A program made the translations under genes and the position numbers. The notes beneath the pieces are model-generated. The model was not told the DNA's origin. It saw only the letters and a program-made list of their open reading frames with translations, and made no database searches. Positions 46,158 through 48,130 of a stretch of DNA of 48,130 nt are shown here, piece after piece. Origin of the DNA: Bacteroidota bacterium (lineage in GTDB: Bacteria > Bacteroidota > Ignavibacteria > UBA10030 > SZUA-254). The first letter of the stretch is position 1. Each line of letters opens with the position of its first letter. The stretch lies in the NCBI GenBank assembly GCA_033852415.1, contig JAWOMQ010000052.1, positions 1 through 48,130 on the forward strand. Direction: 5' to 3'.

Positions 46158-47546
46158 ATGAAGGCAACAGCCTTGTTGTGTTTGTTGGTTTGTATTGCGA
46201 TAACTTCTGCCTCCTCACAAAAATTGGATTCCCTTTCAATCGAATCGTACACCGCTGCTGCCAACGGCATACTAAAATCCGGATTGACACGGATGGGAGC
46301 GTATAAGGTTCTGAAAGAGCTGACCTCAAAAGTTGGCGCCCGCTTGTCGGGTTCTCCTCAGGCTGCGAAAGCGGTCGAGTGGGGTCGGAAGGTCATGGGG
46401 GAGATGGGGTTTCAAAATGTTCACCTTGAGCCGGTCATGGTTCCACATTGGGTGCGGGGTCCGGTCGAAGATGCGCGGTTGCTCGGACCACGCGGAATCA
46501 ATCGGAAATTGCACATCTGTGCGCTTGGAGGGAGCATCGCCACTCCTCCGGGTGGAGTGACAGGTGAAGTCATAGAAGTGAAATCCTTTGAGCAGTTGCG
46601 GGCTCTCGGCGATAGCGCGAAAGGGAAGATTGTATTCTTTAATCGACCCTTTGATCAGACAAAGTTTAATACATTTGAAGCGTACGGTGGAGCCGTGGAC
46701 CAGCGTGGACGAGGTGCTGTTGAGGCAGCCAAGGTGGGTGGCGTTGCTGCAATCGTGCGTTCGATGTCCTCACGCATCGACTATGTCCCGCATACGGGTG
46801 CCATGCAGTATGTCGATTCCGTAACGAAAATACCCACAGCAGCCGTGAGTACGAGGGATGCCGATATCATCGATAGCTTGCTCGCGTCAGGCGAAAAGGT
46901 AATGCTCCGTCTTAAGCTGTCATGTAAACAATTGCCCGACGTAGAATCTGCAAATGTGGTCGGCGAACTTGTCGGCACGGAGCACCCGGAGGAGGTGATC
47001 GTAGTCGGTGGTCACCTGGATAGTTGGGACAAAGGGCAGGGGGCTCACGATGACGGTGCGGGTTGCGCACAATCTATCGAAGCGCTCCGATTGCTCAAGG
47101 AAATGGCATTGAAGCCGAGACGCACAATCCGTGCTGTCCTGTTCATGAATGAGGAAAACGGCCTCGCGGGGGGAAAAGCTTATGCTGCAAAAGATCGCCC
47201 CGGTGAAAAACCGATCGCGGCAATCGAAACCGACGCCGGAGGCTTTACCCCAAGGGGTTTCGGTGTCCAGGCTGATTCAGAAGTCTTTGAAAAGATTGCA
47301 CGTTGGGATTTCCTGTTTAAAGGGATGGATGCGGACAGAATCGTGCGAGGCGGAGGCGGCGCCGATATTTCACCCCTGGCAAGAAAAGGAATCCCGATGA
47401 TAGGTCTGCGGGTCGATGAGCAGCGGTACTTCGATTATCACCATTCGGATAGCGATACATTTGACAAGGTCAATGAACGGGAGCTGGAATTAGGGGCAAT
47501 CGCAATCTCAATACTATCGTACACGCTCGCACAAGAAGGTATCTAA
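46158..47546 (+). CDS. M28 family metallopeptidase (aminopeptidase-like), secreted
   Basis: The start at ATG 46158 gives signal peptide MKATALLCLLVCIAITSASS. M28 zinc-ligand regions are GGHLDSWDKGQGAHDDGAG, NEENGLAG and YHHSDSD. The track start is 46095. Confidence 0.88.
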   Translation: MKATALLCLLVCIAITSASSQKLDSLSIESYTAAANGILKSGLTRMGAYKVLKELTSKVGARLSGSPQAAKAVEWGRKVMGEMGFQNVHLEPVMVPHWVRGPVEDARLLGPRGINRKLHICALGGSIATPPGGVTGEVIEVKSFEQLRALGDSAKGKIVFFNRPFDQTKFNTFEAYGGAVDQRGRGAVEAAKVGGVAAIVRSMSSRIDYVPHTGAMQYVDSVTKIPTAAVSTRDADIIDSLLASGEKVMLRLKLSCKQLPDVESANVVGELVGTEHPEEVIVVGGHLDSWDKGQGAHDDGAGCAQSIEALRLLKEMALKPRRTIRAVLFMNEENGLAGGKAYAAKDRPGEKPIAAIETDAGGFTPRGFGVQADSEVFEKIARWDFLFKGMDADRIVRGGGGADISPLARKGIPMIGLRVDEQRYFDYHHSDSDTFDKVNERELELGAIAISILSYTLAQEGI

Positions 47547-47593
47547 ATCATAATGTGTAACTGCATGACTCTATCACAATTCGTGAGGTGATT

Positions 47594-48130
47594 ATGAAAG
47601 GATTTTGTGTCGGTCTGATTTTTCTTTCCCTGAGTTTGAGCACAGCATATACACAGGGTTTGCAGGAGAAGTACGATAGCAGTGCAATCGCACAGATTCA
47701 GGATGAAGGTTTCCACCATTCGAGGGTCATGGAAATCCTTAGTTATATCTCGGATGTCTATGGACCCCGGCTTACAGGTTCTCCTGGTTTTGCACGTGCG
47801 GCTGCCTGGGTTGAGAAGGAACTCCAGTCTTTTGGAGTCGAGAACGTCCATACTGAATCGTGGGGACCCTTCGGTCGTGGATGGACTCTGAAGAAGTATT
47901 CGGCAAATGTGCTTGCAGAACAGGATTTTCCATTGATTTCATATCCAAAGGCGTGGTCTCCCTCAGTGCACGCCACTGGTGAAATTATCTATTTCAACCC
48001 TGAATCTGACAGTGAGCTCAACACCTTCGCCGGGAAACTGCATGGCAAGGTCGTGTTGTTCGAACCACCGCGAGAGGTGAAGGCGCATTTTGAACCCGAA
48101 GCGACGAGAGATGCAGACTCAACGCTGCTC
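47594..48130 (+). CDS. Second M28-family peptidase, N-terminal 179 codons. The 3' end lies outside the window.
   Basis: This gene is not in the ORF track because it has no stop inside the window. The ATG at 47594 is preceded by GAGGTG, and the frame stays open to 48130. The product starts MKGFCVGLIFLSLSLSTAYTQ (a signal peptide). Its RLTGSPGFARAAAWVEKELQSFGVENVHTE region parallels RLSGSPQAAKAVEWGRKVMGEMGFQNVHLE in the preceding M28 gene. Confidence 0.75.
   Translation, partial: MKGFCVGLIFLSLSLSTAYTQGLQEKYDSSAIAQIQDEGFHHSRVMEILSYISDVYGPRLTGSPGFARAAAWVEKELQSFGVENVHTESWGPFGRGWTLKKYSANVLAEQDFPLISYPKAWSPSVHATGEIIYFNPESDSELNTFAGKLHGKVVLFEPPREVKAHFEPEATRDADSTLL

Noticed and set aside
1-48130. tRNA, rRNA, CRISPR, IS or prophage content
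   Set aside because: GGTTCGA-like T-arm strings (for example near 9725, 14035 and 26833) all lie inside confident CDSs and lack cloverleaf context. I saw no spaced direct repeats, no transposase, integrase or capsid-like ORFs, and no intergenic region long enough for an rRNA.

Overview
This is a 48.1 kb chromosomal window of roughly 50% GC, densely packed with about 38 protein-coding genes. I found no rRNA, tRNA, CRISPR array, transposase, integrase or phage genes. A type-A T9SS C-terminal sorting domain at the left edge, many secreted BNR/Asp-box proteins and peptidases, and a DPP III with a pentapeptide HEXXH motif suggest an FCB-group bacterium (Ignavibacteria/Calditrichota-like). That lineage call is inference only.

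Most of the window is housekeeping:
- valS, purM, efp, accB-accC, gcvH-gcvP, guaA and class II nrdJ
- a fadD-like acyl-CoA ligase, a pseudouridine synthase and a NUDIX hydrolase
- a phosphate module: a PhoR-like kinase, DUF47-PiT and a PhoB-like regulator

The best candidate for an undescribed system is a self-contained two-gene cassette at 343-3178 on the minus strand. It has its own upstream gap and its own intrinsic terminator. A GAF-PP2C/SpoIIE phosphatase is tightly coupled to a HerA-like HAS-barrel/FtsK-HerA ATPase. This is the effector-then-HerA architecture of the known Sir2-HerA, DUF4297-HerA and NurA-HerA pairs, but with a partner I do not recognise from any described system.

Secondary points of interest:
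- an EF-P whose loop-tip residue is Asn instead of the modified Lys/Arg
- a 10-TM histidine-motif membrane protein of unknown family
- a near-consensus promoter with an operator-like inverted repeat and a structured leader upstream of nrdJ
- a Pho two-component pair split by an oppositely oriented DUF47-PiT operon

All family assignments come from motif recognition by eye, without database searches.
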